Source of the DNA: Acidimicrobiia bacterium
Lineage (GTDB): Bacteria; Acidobacteriota; Vicinamibacteria; Vicinamibacterales; UBA2999
DNA: 64,000 nt
NCBI GenBank assembly: GCA_038144855.1
Contig: JAYQOO010000001.1
Span: 74,931-138,930 of the forward strand
Direction: 5' to 3'
Of this stretch, positions 53,766 to 62,723 are shown piece by piece; position 1 is the first letter of the stretch; each line of letters begins with the position of its first letter. The notes beneath the pieces are model-generated. The model saw only the letters and a program-made list of their open reading frames with translations. It was not told where the DNA came from and ran no database searches. Both the position numbers and the translations under genes were made by a program.

Positions 53766-55135
53766 AACTGCATGCCGTCAATACGCGGCATCTTGAGATC
53801 GCACACGATCAAGTCGTAACGCTGCTCGGTGAGGCGGGTGAGCCCCTCCTCACCGTCGCCGGCCCGGTCGACCGCAAAGCCCGCATCGCCGAGCGCTTCG
53901 GATACCGCGACGGCGAGCGCGGGCTCATCCTCCACCACCAGCACGCGCAATCCCTTGAAGGCTTCGAGCGAGATCGGTTGCTGCGGCACGCGCGCCGGCG
54001 GCGTATTCAAGTGCTGCCCGGTGACCGGCAGCTCGATGAAAAAGCTCGCACCTGATCGGCCGCCGTCTGCCTGCACTGATTTCGACTCGAGCCAGATGCG
54101 TCCGCCGTGCTCCTGCACGATGGCGTACGCGACCGTCAGTCCGAGCCCCGTGCCCTGGCCGACCTCCTTCGTCGTGAAGAACGGATCGAACACCTTGCCA
54201 ACACGGTCCTCCGGAATCCCCGGCCCGTCGTCACTGACTTCGAGGACCGCGGAACCACGATCGCGGTCGTGCGTGGTGCGCACGACGATCGTGCCCTTCC
54301 CGTTGGCGCCAATGCAGGCCTGCTCGGCGTTGATCAACAGATTCAGCAAGACCTGCTTGATCTGGTGGCCATCGGCAAACACTTCCGGTAAGCCAGTGGT
54401 CAGGGCTTCGACAACATGAATGTTGGAGACCTTCTGCTCATACGCACGGAGAGCGAGCGTCTCGCGCACCACCTGGTTCAGATCCACCATCGCGCGCGTG
54501 GTCTGTCGTTTGCGCGCGAAGGTCAGGAGATTGCGGACGATCCGCGCGGCGCGCTCTGACTCGGCGAGGATGACTTCCAGTCCCTGCCTGGTCTTGTCAT
54601 CGACGTTGCGCTCCGCAAGACGTTCGGCCCACGACAGGATCGTCGCGAGCGGATTGTTCAGCTCGTGCGCAACGCCCGAGATCGTCTGGCCGAGGGCCGC
54701 CATTTTTTCGGCCTGCAACATCTGGTAGCGGCCATCGCGGGTCTGATCCTCACGCTTCTTGCGTTCGGAGACGTCGCGGACGAGCGCCGTGATCTGAAGT
54801 GCCTGCACCTCCGCCTCGTAGCCAGCTGAGGCAGTCACCTCAACCCAGATCGGCACGTTGTCCACGCGCCGCAGTCGGATCAGGTAATCCTGGACGCCGC
54901 CTTCGCGGTCCAGGAGCTCAATGAACGTTTGCCGTGCCTGCGGATCAACGAATCGGGATGGTTCGAACGGTTGCACGACGCTTTCGGCAGCGTCAGGGGC
55001 GTAACCAAAGATCTGCTTGAGGTGCGGATTCGCCGACAGCGTGGAAGATGAATTCGCCGCGAGCGTGCCAAGGTAAACACCCTCGCGGACGGACTCAAAG
55101 AGGCGTTCGACGAACGTTCGACGGTCGTTCGACAT
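53591..55135 (-). CDS. Hybrid sensor histidine kinase (PAS + HisKA + HATPase + REC)
   Basis: GVAHELNNPL, QVLLNLLINA, DDGPGI, DPFFTTKEVGQGTGLGL, LVVEDE...VCDLKMP. Confidence 0.95.
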   Translation of the reverse strand: MSNDRRTFVERLFESVREGVYLGTLAANSSSTLSANPHLKQIFGYAPDAAESVVQPFEPSRFVDPQARQTFIELLDREGGVQDYLIRLRRVDNVPIWVEVTASAGYEAEVQALQITALVRDVSERKKREDQTRDGRYQMLQAEKMAALGQTISGVAHELNNPLATILSWAERLAERNVDDKTRQGLEVILAESERAARIVRNLLTFARKRQTTRAMVDLNQVVRETLALRAYEQKVSNIHVVEALTTGLPEVFADGHQIKQVLLNLLINAEQACIGANGKGTIVVRTTHDRDRGSAVLEVSDDGPGIPEDRVGKVFDPFFTTKEVGQGTGLGLTVAYAIVQEHGGRIWLESKSVQADGGRSGASFFIELPVTGQHLNTPPARVPQQPISLEAFKGLRVLVVEDEPALAVAVSEALGDAGFAVDRAGDGEEGLTRLTEQRYDLIVCDLKMPRIDGMQFYRAMAAATPALARRVIFVTGDVAGTDAERFLEETGCRWLSKPFRLGDLLRAARDTLT

Positions 55136-55167
55136 TCGTTCGGCGAACGTTCAGCTGCCGTTCTTCG

Positions 55168-55725
55168 TCAGTGTGACGTCTTCTTCGCGGGTGGCTGAGG
55201 TGTCGGCGTCTTGCCGGCCTCGTTGCCAGGCGTCCACTTACGTTCGATGGCGGCACGGATCGAGCGAACGTCGGCGCCCGAGGTGTACATCTGCATGGCT
55301 TCACGCGCGACGTCGACACAGATGGTGCAACCGAAGCCGTGCGTGTCCCACTCGAGCACGTTGCCCTTGTTATCACGCCGCGCGACGAAGCACGACTCGT
55401 TGGCCTTGTGACCCTGGGCGCCGCAGCCGCAGTAGCACGGCACGAAGCTGAGGATCTCCGGGTGTTGCGCGGCGAAGTCGTAGGTTGCGCGGACGATATC
55501 CATTGGACGCACCGGCGCAAAGCCGACATTCGGCAGAGGCGGCACGCTCACGCGCGGCTTGGCGGCTGCGGCCGCCTTTGGCGCCGGCGCGGCGGCCTGG
55601 GCCTTCACTGTTGGCCGGACGGCAGACGCCTTTTGTGGGGTCACCTGGGCGGCGACCACGACGGTTGCAATCAGCGCCATGGTTGCCAACGCGAGCAAAG
55701 CGGAGACGAATTTCACAGATTTCAT
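55168..55725 (-). CDS. PCYCGC-motif-containing exported protein
   Basis: Signal peptide; FVPCYCGC..GH..NESCF and C-terminal GCTIC. Confidence 0.85.
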   Translation of the reverse strand: MKSVKFVSALLALATMALIATVVVAAQVTPQKASAVRPTVKAQAAAPAPKAAAAAKPRVSVPPLPNVGFAPVRPMDIVRATYDFAAQHPEILSFVPCYCGCGAQGHKANESCFVARRDNKGNVLEWDTHGFGCTICVDVAREAMQMYTSGADVRSIRAAIERKWTPGNEAGKTPTPQPPAKKTSH

Positions 55726-55783
55726 AGGGGGACACTTTAGCAGCTAGTGAGCTAACTGGCCAGCTGGTGTCCAGCGGTGGGCT

Positions 55784-55914
55784 GGCGAAGCGCTGACGAT
55801 CCACCGCGAGCTTCGGGCTCGCGCAAACGCAGCCAGACGTCAACGTTCAAGGTTTGATCGCGCGTGCCGACGCATCGCTGTATCGCGCGAAGATGATGGA
55901 CGGAATTGGTCCGC
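55784..55914 (+). pseudogene. Remnant of a GGDEF (diguanylate cyclase) domain C-terminus
   Basis: With small indels reads GEALTI-TASFGLA...LIARADASLYRAK-(D)DGRN. Confidence 0.7.
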
Positions 55915-55995
55915 GTCGCGGCCGAATTTCCGACACGCGCCTAGTTCAACCTTCGCGACTCTTCGCCGATTACGAACCCAACAGGGGTTCGTAAC

Positions 55996-56505
55996 ATGCG
56001 CTCTTTCGTCTTGATTGTCGCCATTACTCTGTTAACTGCCGTTCCGTCGTTCGCGCAAACCGACGCGGTCGATCCATCCGTCCTCGGACGCGTCGATCCA
56101 GCGGGGGATGAAACTGCGAACGCCGATCGGAATCAGCCACCCCGGCGCGGAGTGTCGAAGTGGTGGTCGATCGCGATGGCTTCGGGATACATGGCCGATG
56201 GCGCCACCGCTTGGTGGGCGATGAGTCAGTCGGGGCCGGCAGCCAAGATTCGCGAGGCCAACGGCTTCTACCACAAGCTCTTCGGTCCTGACGTTAAGGG
56301 CTGGCAGGTCATGGCCTTCAAGACCGGTCAAGCTGCGGTCTTGGGATTCGGACTGCACCAGATCGCCAAGCACACCCCCGGCAAAGAACGCGTCGTCTAT
56401 GTCGCCGTGTTGCACACGGTAGTGTCCGGGGTGATCAGCACGGTCAACATCAAGCGCGGCCTGAGCGCCCGCAGGCTGAACGCCGCTTACGCGGTGCAGT
56501 GGTAG
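55996..56505 (+). CDS. Hypothetical exported/membrane protein (DUF5658-like D..T...EAN pattern)
   Basis: Signal peptide, hydrophobic helices, ADGATAWWAM...REANG. Confidence 0.55.
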   Translation: MRSFVLIVAITLLTAVPSFAQTDAVDPSVLGRVDPAGDETANADRNQPPRRGVSKWWSIAMASGYMADGATAWWAMSQSGPAAKIREANGFYHKLFGPDVKGWQVMAFKTGQAAVLGFGLHQIAKHTPGKERVVYVAVLHTVVSGVISTVNIKRGLSARRLNAAYAVQW

Positions 56506-56525
56506 AGCGGACCGCCGCCGCCGTT

Positions 56526-57407
56526 CTATCGGCGCCCGACGATCCAAGTACCAGCAAAGACCAATGCCGCTGCGACGAGGATGCGCGCTGAAAGGGGTTC
56601 GTTCAACAGCAGCGTGCCGAGCGCTACCGCAATCATCGGGTTAATGTAGGCGTAAAGCGAGACGAGTGGCAGCGGCAGGTGCTGGATCGCATAGATGTAG
56701 GCCGAGTACGCGACAAGCGAGCCGGCGATGCTCAAATACAACATGGCGCTGATCGTGCGCGGCGTGAACGACAACTGCACCCAGTCGCCATGCGCGGTCG
56801 CCGCCGTTAGCAGCATTGTGCCGCTGAACACCATTTGCAACGCGGCCGAGCGGAACGGGTTATCGCCAAGCTCGTGCCGCTTGGCGAAGGATGTGCCGAT
56901 CACCCACCCGACGCACGCCAACTGGATGGCAATGACGCCGCCTACAAACGCCGCCCCCTCAGCCCCGCCATGCGTCATCTCCGGCCACACCAGCACTACG
57001 ATGCCGCCGAAGCCAAGCGCGAGGCCGAAAAGTGAACGCCTGGTGAAGCGCTCACCGTTCGGCAGCAATCGCTCGACCAGCGCTGACCAGAACGGCGTGG
57101 TGGCGATCAGGACGGCCGTGAGCCCGCTTGCCACGAGCTGTTGCGCGTAGACCACGAAGCCGTTGCCGACGATATTCATCAGGAAGCCGAGCAGCGCAAG
57201 CGGTCCCCAGAATCGCGGCTTCGGCAGGCCGCGTCCGGTGGCCAGCATCGCGACTGACATCACCACACCGGCAAACATCCAGCGGAGGCCGGCCACGAGC
57301 AGTACAGGCACCGTCTCGAGCGCCACACTGATGGCAAGGTAGGTCGTGCCCCAGATGACGCAGACGGTGAAAAACGCGAGATAGGCGAGTGATGGAGGCG
57401 AGGCCAT
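56526..57407 (-). CDS. EamA/DMT family transporter
   Basis: VCVIWGTTY, two EamA repeats, YAYINPMIAV.LG.LLLNEP. Confidence 0.92.
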   Translation of the reverse strand: MASPPSLAYLAFFTVCVIWGTTYLAISVALETVPVLLVAGLRWMFAGVVMSVAMLATGRGLPKPRFWGPLALLGFLMNIVGNGFVVYAQQLVASGLTAVLIATTPFWSALVERLLPNGERFTRRSLFGLALGFGGIVVLVWPEMTHGGAEGAAFVGGVIAIQLACVGWVIGTSFAKRHELGDNPFRSAALQMVFSGTMLLTAATAHGDWVQLSFTPRTISAMLYLSIAGSLVAYSAYIYAIQHLPLPLVSLYAYINPMIAVALGTLLLNEPLSARILVAAALVFAGTWIVGRR

Positions 57408-57906
57408 CTACTTCGCGCCGGCCTGGACCGTCAGTTCCTTCGGAATCGCGATGCGTGGGTCCTCCTTGACGGTTTCAAGCACGATCGTCGTCCTGGTGGA
57501 GATCACCGACGGTGCGGCCGCGATCTGCTGCCGCAGGATCTGGCCCAGATGCTCGGCGTCACGCGCCCGGACCTTCAGCAGGTAGCAGTCATCCCCGGCG
57601 ACGTGGTGCACTTCCAGGACTTCGGGAATGCGTGACATCATCGTAGGCCGAGGGCATCTCCGGACCGTGCTCCGACGTTCGAACGGAGACAAACGCCAGC
57701 ATGGCCCGTTCAACGACGTGAGGGTCGATTAGCGCGACGTAATCCTTGATAATGCCCCTGGCTTCGAGCTTGCGAAGACGTTCGAGCACGGCTGAGGGCG
57801 CGAGCCCGACAGCCTTGGCAAGCTCGGCCTGGGTTGTTCTCGCGTTGTACTGAAGAATATCCAGTATTGAGCCGTCGATTTCGTCGATCGTTCGCTCGTT
57901 AGCCAT
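57408..57906 (-). pseudogene. Lrp/AsnC family regulator with a frameshift near 57640-57665
   Basis: N-half IDEIDGSILDILQYNARTTQAELAKAVGLAPSAVLERLRKLE; C-half in another frame IPEVLEVHHVAGDDCYLLKV...TRTTIVLETVKE. Confidence 0.85.
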
Positions 57907-57920
57907 TTGGACAGAATTAT

Positions 57921-59147
57921 ATGACTTTTTGGCGTGAGGCCTCACCAGAGGCGAAGAGGGCGCTTGTCGCTGCATCCCTGGGATGGCTGCTCGACGCCTT
58001 TGACGTGATGCTCTATGCCCTCATCCTGACCGCGGTGATCGCGGATCTGGGGATCGACCGGGCGACAGGCGGAATGATGGCATCGCTCACCCTGGGCGCC
58101 TCAGCGCTCGGCGGGCTGATCTTCGGGGTCATTGCCGACAAGCTCGGCCGGACTCGTGCGCTCTCGCTCAGCATCCTGCTCTATTCAGTGTTCACGTTCG
58201 CGTGTGGCCTCGCGCAGAACGTATGGCAGTTCGCGATCTTCCGCGTGCTCCTTGGCCTGGGGATGGGCGGCGAGTGGGCGAGCGGCGCGACGCTGATCAG
58301 CGAGACGTGGCCAGAGAAGCACAGAGGCAAGGCGATGGGCATCATGCAGAGTTGCTGGGCCATCGGCTACGGCATCGCCGCGGTGGTCGTGGCCATCGTG
58401 CTGCCGCGATTCGGTTGGCGGGCGGTGTTCTTTGTTGGCGTCCTGCCGGCGATCTTCACGCTGTGGATCCGGCGAAGCGTGAAAGAGCCAGAGATGTGGG
58501 TGAGTGCGCGGGGTGCGAAACGTGCGAAGGCTGCAGAAGGTGCGACAGGTGCGCGGGGTGCGCGCTTCCCGCTTCGTATCGCGCTGTTTCTCACCACGAT
58601 GAACGCCGCCACGATGTTTGCGTGGTGGGGGCTGAACCTCTGGGTGCCGTCCTACCTGTCGTTGCCGACGACGCAGGGAGGCATTGGCCTGTCGACCGAG
58701 ACGATGTCGTTGTTTATCGTCGCCATGCAGGTTGGAATGTGGCTGGGGTACGTCACATTCGGCTTCATCAGTGACTCCCTGGGGCGTCGTCCGACCTACG
58801 TGGGGTACTTGCTGATCGCATCCGGGCTCGTCTGGTATTACGGCTTCGCTCGGGAGCCGTGGGTGCTGCTGGTGCTTGGTCCTTTTGTCGCCTTCTTCGG
58901 AACCGGCTACTTCAGCGGCTTCGGCGCGGTGGCATCGGAACTGTTCCCGACCTCCATTCGCGCCACCGCCCTTGGGGTCACCTACAACAGCGGACGATTG
59001 CTGAGCGCGGTTGCGCCGTTTGTGGTGGGCACCATGGCGCAGAACCGTGGCTTCGGTGCGGCGTTCACGCTCACGGCGATCGCTTTTGTGATCGCGGCGG
59101 TGTTGTGGGTCGGGATTCCAGAGACGAAGGGAAGCAATATGACGTGA
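57921..59147 (+). CDS. MFS transporter (aromatic acid/sialate-like)
   Basis: GWLLDAFD, GVIADKLGR motif A, GLGMGGEW, ELFPTSIRATA. Confidence 0.93.
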   Translation: MTFWREASPEAKRALVAASLGWLLDAFDVMLYALILTAVIADLGIDRATGGMMASLTLGASALGGLIFGVIADKLGRTRALSLSILLYSVFTFACGLAQNVWQFAIFRVLLGLGMGGEWASGATLISETWPEKHRGKAMGIMQSCWAIGYGIAAVVVAIVLPRFGWRAVFFVGVLPAIFTLWIRRSVKEPEMWVSARGAKRAKAAEGATGARGARFPLRIALFLTTMNAATMFAWWGLNLWVPSYLSLPTTQGGIGLSTETMSLFIVAMQVGMWLGYVTFGFISDSLGRRPTYVGYLLIASGLVWYYGFAREPWVLLVLGPFVAFFGTGYFSGFGAVASELFPTSIRATALGVTYNSGRLLSAVAPFVVGTMAQNRGFGAAFTLTAIAFVIAAVLWVGIPETKGSNMT

Positions 59148-59223
59148 CTGTCCGCCTAAGGCGGACGCCGCAGTAGTGGATATGACGCGGCTGATGCCAA
59201 AACAATCCCTGCGGCATCCGGCT

Positions 59224-60192
59224 TTAGCCGGATTGTCCCTTGTAGAGAACTCGTCCCAGCCGCTTATTCCACGCCGTGAATTCGTCGTCCGACGGATCTT
59301 CGGCGATCGCCTTCCTGACCTGATTCAGCTTTGCATCCAGTTCATCGACCGAGGCCAGGATAAAAGCCTCGATCGACTTCGGTTCAACAGGTGAACCGTG
59401 CTCGCGGATGCCGTGGTGCGAGGCAACCATGTGTTCGATCTGCGCGCGGAGGTCGTGAGGAAAGCCGCTGATGCCGTTGCACGCCTCACGCACCATCATC
59501 ATGCCGATGGCGATGTGGCCCACCATGTTGCCGTCGCGCGTGTAGCTTGTGGCGCCGCCGTCGTAGGCGAGCTCGTGGAGCTTGCCGATGTCGTGCAGGA
59601 TCACGCCTGCGAGGACAAGGTCCTCGTCGGCGCCATACGAACGCGCGAGGTAGCGACCGACCTCGGCCATCTTCGTGATGTGCTCGAGGAATCCACCCCG
59701 ATAGGCGTGATGGATCTGCTGCGCGGCCGGCCAGATCCTGAGTTGCTCCGCATTGTCCGAGACCACGCGATTCAGCAGCACGCGGATGTGGTCGTTCTTG
59801 ATGCCGCGAAGGTGGCCCTGCAGCTCTTCCCACATCTCGTCGATCGGACGTGGTGCACTGAGCACGCAGTCCTCTTCGCGGAAACCCTGCAGGCGATCTT
59901 GCTCCGGGCTCACGCGCCGGATGCTCGAGAGCACAAGTTGCGTCTGACCGTTGTAAATGCTGCCGCGCCCCTCGACGCGCACGTACTCGCCGGCGTCGAA
60001 TTCGTTCTTGTAGCGCTCGACGTCGTGCATCAACTTCGCGACGATCTGCGCGGATGCATCCTGCAGCGACAAGAAAAGAAACTCTCCGCCGCTGCGGCCG
60101 GTACGCACCTCGCGATAGGTGCAGAGGAAGTAGCCCCAGCCCTCGTCGGTCTCGGTCAGCGACGCGAGCTTCGGAAGTTTATTCGGAGCCAA
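59224..60192 (-). CDS. OB-fold + HD-domain 3'-5' exoribonuclease, YhaM-like
   Basis: LSLQDAS (OB), HHAYRGGFLEH, LHDIGK, MVGHI, SHHG, DELDAK. Confidence 0.88.
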   Translation of the reverse strand: MAPNKLPKLASLTETDEGWGYFLCTYREVRTGRSGGEFLFLSLQDASAQIVAKLMHDVERYKNEFDAGEYVRVEGRGSIYNGQTQLVLSSIRRVSPEQDRLQGFREEDCVLSAPRPIDEMWEELQGHLRGIKNDHIRVLLNRVVSDNAEQLRIWPAAQQIHHAYRGGFLEHITKMAEVGRYLARSYGADEDLVLAGVILHDIGKLHELAYDGGATSYTRDGNMVGHIAIGMMMVREACNGISGFPHDLRAQIEHMVASHHGIREHGSPVEPKSIEAFILASVDELDAKLNQVRKAIAEDPSDDEFTAWNKRLGRVLYKGQSG

Positions 60193-60622
60193 GGGCGAAC
60201 GTCATTGTGCCGTGTGCGACCGCTCTACCGTTCACCGTGGCCAGGCCTTCGAGCACACCCATGCGGCTGCGGAGACGTTTGACGAAGGCCTCAATCACCA
60301 CCACATCGCCGGCGTAGACCGGCGCGCGGAAACGGACCCGTTCCATGCCCCGGAAGAAGATCAGCTGGTTCTTGTTCTCGGGCTTGGCGAGGATCAGGAT
60401 GGCGCCGACCTGCGCGACGGCTTCGGTCAGGATCGTTGGCGGCAGCGACACCCGCCCATTCACCGGGCGCGACAGGTACGGCTCGGTGCTAGCGACGTTC
60501 TTGACGCCCACAATCCGCTTGTCCGGCACAAATTCGGTGATCCGGTCCACGAGCAGGAAGGGGTAGCGATGCGGAAGAATCCGTTCGATTGCCGAGTAGT
60601 CGAGCGGAAGTGTCAGATCCAT
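60179..60622 (-). CDS. fabZ: 3-hydroxyacyl-ACP dehydratase
   Basis: ILPHRYPFLLVDRI, EAVAQ, RFRAPV..GD. Confidence 0.85.
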   Translation of the reverse strand: MDLTLPLDYSAIERILPHRYPFLLVDRITEFVPDKRIVGVKNVASTEPYLSRPVNGRVSLPPTILTEAVAQVGAILILAKPENKNQLIFFRGMERVRFRAPVYAGDVVVIEAFVKRLRSRMGVLEGLATVNGRAVAHGTMTFALGSE

Positions 60623-60623
60623 T

Positions 60624-60654
60624 CAGTAGCCAGTATCCAGTAGCCGGTAGCCAG
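60624..60654 (-). repeat. Heptamer tandem half-element directly upstream of the fabZ ATG
   Basis: Minus strand CTGGCTACCGGCTACTGGATACTGGCTACTG A ATG. Confidence 0.85.
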
Positions 60655-60692
60655 AAGGGAAATTATACTGCGCTCGCCTGGAGGACTTCGAA

Positions 60693-62723
60693 ATGCGTAA
60701 GACGCTGGCCATAGCCGCCTTTGCCCTATCCATAGCCCTGACGGCCTCGGCGCAGACCAAGCGCCCCGCCGTATTTGACGACGTGCTGAACATCAAGGCC
60801 GTGCAGGGCGCCACGGTGTCGCCGGACGGCAAGCTGGCGATCTACTCGGTGCGCAAGTGGGTTGATGAACAGGATCGGAAAGAAGCGCGCACGCACATCT
60901 GGCGCGTGGCCACCGACGGCAATTCGCCGGCCCGCCAGATCTCGTTTGGCGAACGCGGCGACAGCCAGCCGCAGTTCTCGCCGGACGGCAAGTTCATCAG
61001 CTTTGTGTCATCGCGCGGCGGCGCCGAAGCGAAGGCGCAAATCTACCTGATGCCGATCGACGGCGGCGAGTCGTGGAAGCTCACCGACGCGAAGGAAAGC
61101 GTCTCGTCATACACCTGGGCGCCGGACGGCGCGTCGATCGCGTACGTTGCAACCGATCCACGCACGCCGGAAGAGGAAGCCAATATCAAGAAGCGAGACG
61201 ACGAGCGCGTGTTTGAGGGCGACTTCCGCTACGCGCACGTGTGGGTCGTCAACGTCGACAGCAAGCAGGCGACGCGCATTACAGAAGGCACACAGTGGAC
61301 CGTGCAGGGCGCGCCGTCGTGGTCGCCGGACGGCAAGCAGTTCGTGTTTGGAACGGCCACTACGCCAATGCTGCGGGACAACCGGCGTGATGTCTACATG
61401 GCGACCGTCGCCAGCAAGCAAGTCGAAAAGCTCAGCACCAATTGGGGCAGCGACGGTCAGCCGCGCTGGTCGCAGGACGGCGCCACGATCGCGTGGGTGG
61501 GTGAGCCCAACACGACGGCGCCTATGCCGGACGGAACCGCCCACGGCGTGGTGATGCAGCAGCGCCTGATGCTCTACGACGTCAAGGCCAAGACGATCAA
61601 GGACACGTTGACGCCGCAGTTCGACAGCGACGCGGGCAACCCGATCTGGACCAACGAGGGCAAGCGCGTGATGTTCGTGACGGGTAAGCGCGCCTACAAC
61701 GAAGCGTTCGCCTACGACCTCACCACCGGCGCGTACACGCAACTGTCGCAGAAGCGCACGATCAACGGCACGTCGATCAGCAAGGATGGCCGCACCATCG
61801 TCCTGACGATGGATGCGCCGGATTCGGCGACGGAGGTCTACGTCACCGATCCGTCGTTCGCAAACCTGAAGCGCTTGACCAACACCAATCCGCAGCTTGC
61901 CGACGTCGCGCAGGGCGAGACCGAAGTCATCACCTGGAAAAGCAGCGACGGAGTTGAGGTCGAGGGCGTGTTGCTGAAGCCGGTTGGCTTTCAGGCAGGC
62001 CGCAAGTACCCAACCCTGGTGGTGGCGCACGGAGGGCCAGCCGGCGCGTATGTGAACGGGTTCCGCCTGGGCGGTCTCGAGGGTGGCCAGGTGTGGGCGG
62101 GCAAGGGCTGGGCGGTGTTCTATCCGAACCCGCGAGGCAGCTCGAACTACGGCCAGAAGACGCTGGCCGCCAACGTCAACGACTGGGGCGGTGGCGACTA
62201 CAAGGACATCATGACCGGCGTGGACGCGCTCGTCGCGCGCGGCATCTCCGATCCCGACAAGCTCGCGCACATCGGCTGGAGCTACGGCGGCTACATGACC
62301 GCCTGGGTGATCACGCAGACCTCACGCTTCAAGGCGGCCATGGTCGGCGCCGGTCTCACCAACATGTGGAGCATGTATGGCACCAACGACATTCCGAGCG
62401 TGCTGATTGCCTACTTTGGGGGCATTCCGAACAAGCAGACGCTGCCGCTCTACCTGGATCGTTCCGCGATGACGCACATCGACAAGGTAACCACGCCGAC
62501 GCTGATCCTGCACGGCGCCAACGATGAGCGCGTGCCGACCGGCCAGGCCTACGAGCTGTATCGCGGCCTCAAGGATCGCGGGAAGCCGACCGAACTGGTG
62601 TTCTACCCGCGCGAAGGCCACGGCATTGGCGAGTACTACCACCAGAAGGATCGAATGGAGCGCATCTACAGCTGGGTGACGAAGTACACTTTAGGGACCG
62701 GTGGAACGAACACAGCACAGTAG
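60693..62723 (+). CDS. S9 (prolyl oligopeptidase / acylaminoacyl peptidase) family serine peptidase, exported
   Basis: Signal peptide, PD40 repeats, HGGP, GWSYGG (catalytic Ser), DERVP, EGHG. Confidence 0.95.
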   Translation: MRKTLAIAAFALSIALTASAQTKRPAVFDDVLNIKAVQGATVSPDGKLAIYSVRKWVDEQDRKEARTHIWRVATDGNSPARQISFGERGDSQPQFSPDGKFISFVSSRGGAEAKAQIYLMPIDGGESWKLTDAKESVSSYTWAPDGASIAYVATDPRTPEEEANIKKRDDERVFEGDFRYAHVWVVNVDSKQATRITEGTQWTVQGAPSWSPDGKQFVFGTATTPMLRDNRRDVYMATVASKQVEKLSTNWGSDGQPRWSQDGATIAWVGEPNTTAPMPDGTAHGVVMQQRLMLYDVKAKTIKDTLTPQFDSDAGNPIWTNEGKRVMFVTGKRAYNEAFAYDLTTGAYTQLSQKRTINGTSISKDGRTIVLTMDAPDSATEVYVTDPSFANLKRLTNTNPQLADVAQGETEVITWKSSDGVEVEGVLLKPVGFQAGRKYPTLVVAHGGPAGAYVNGFRLGGLEGGQVWAGKGWAVFYPNPRGSSNYGQKTLAANVNDWGGGDYKDIMTGVDALVARGISDPDKLAHIGWSYGGYMTAWVITQTSRFKAAMVGAGLTNMWSMYGTNDIPSVLIAYFGGIPNKQTLPLYLDRSAMTHIDKVTTPTLILHGANDERVPTGQAYELYRGLKDRGKPTELVFYPREGHGIGEYYHQKDRMERIYSWVTKYTLGTGGTNTAQ

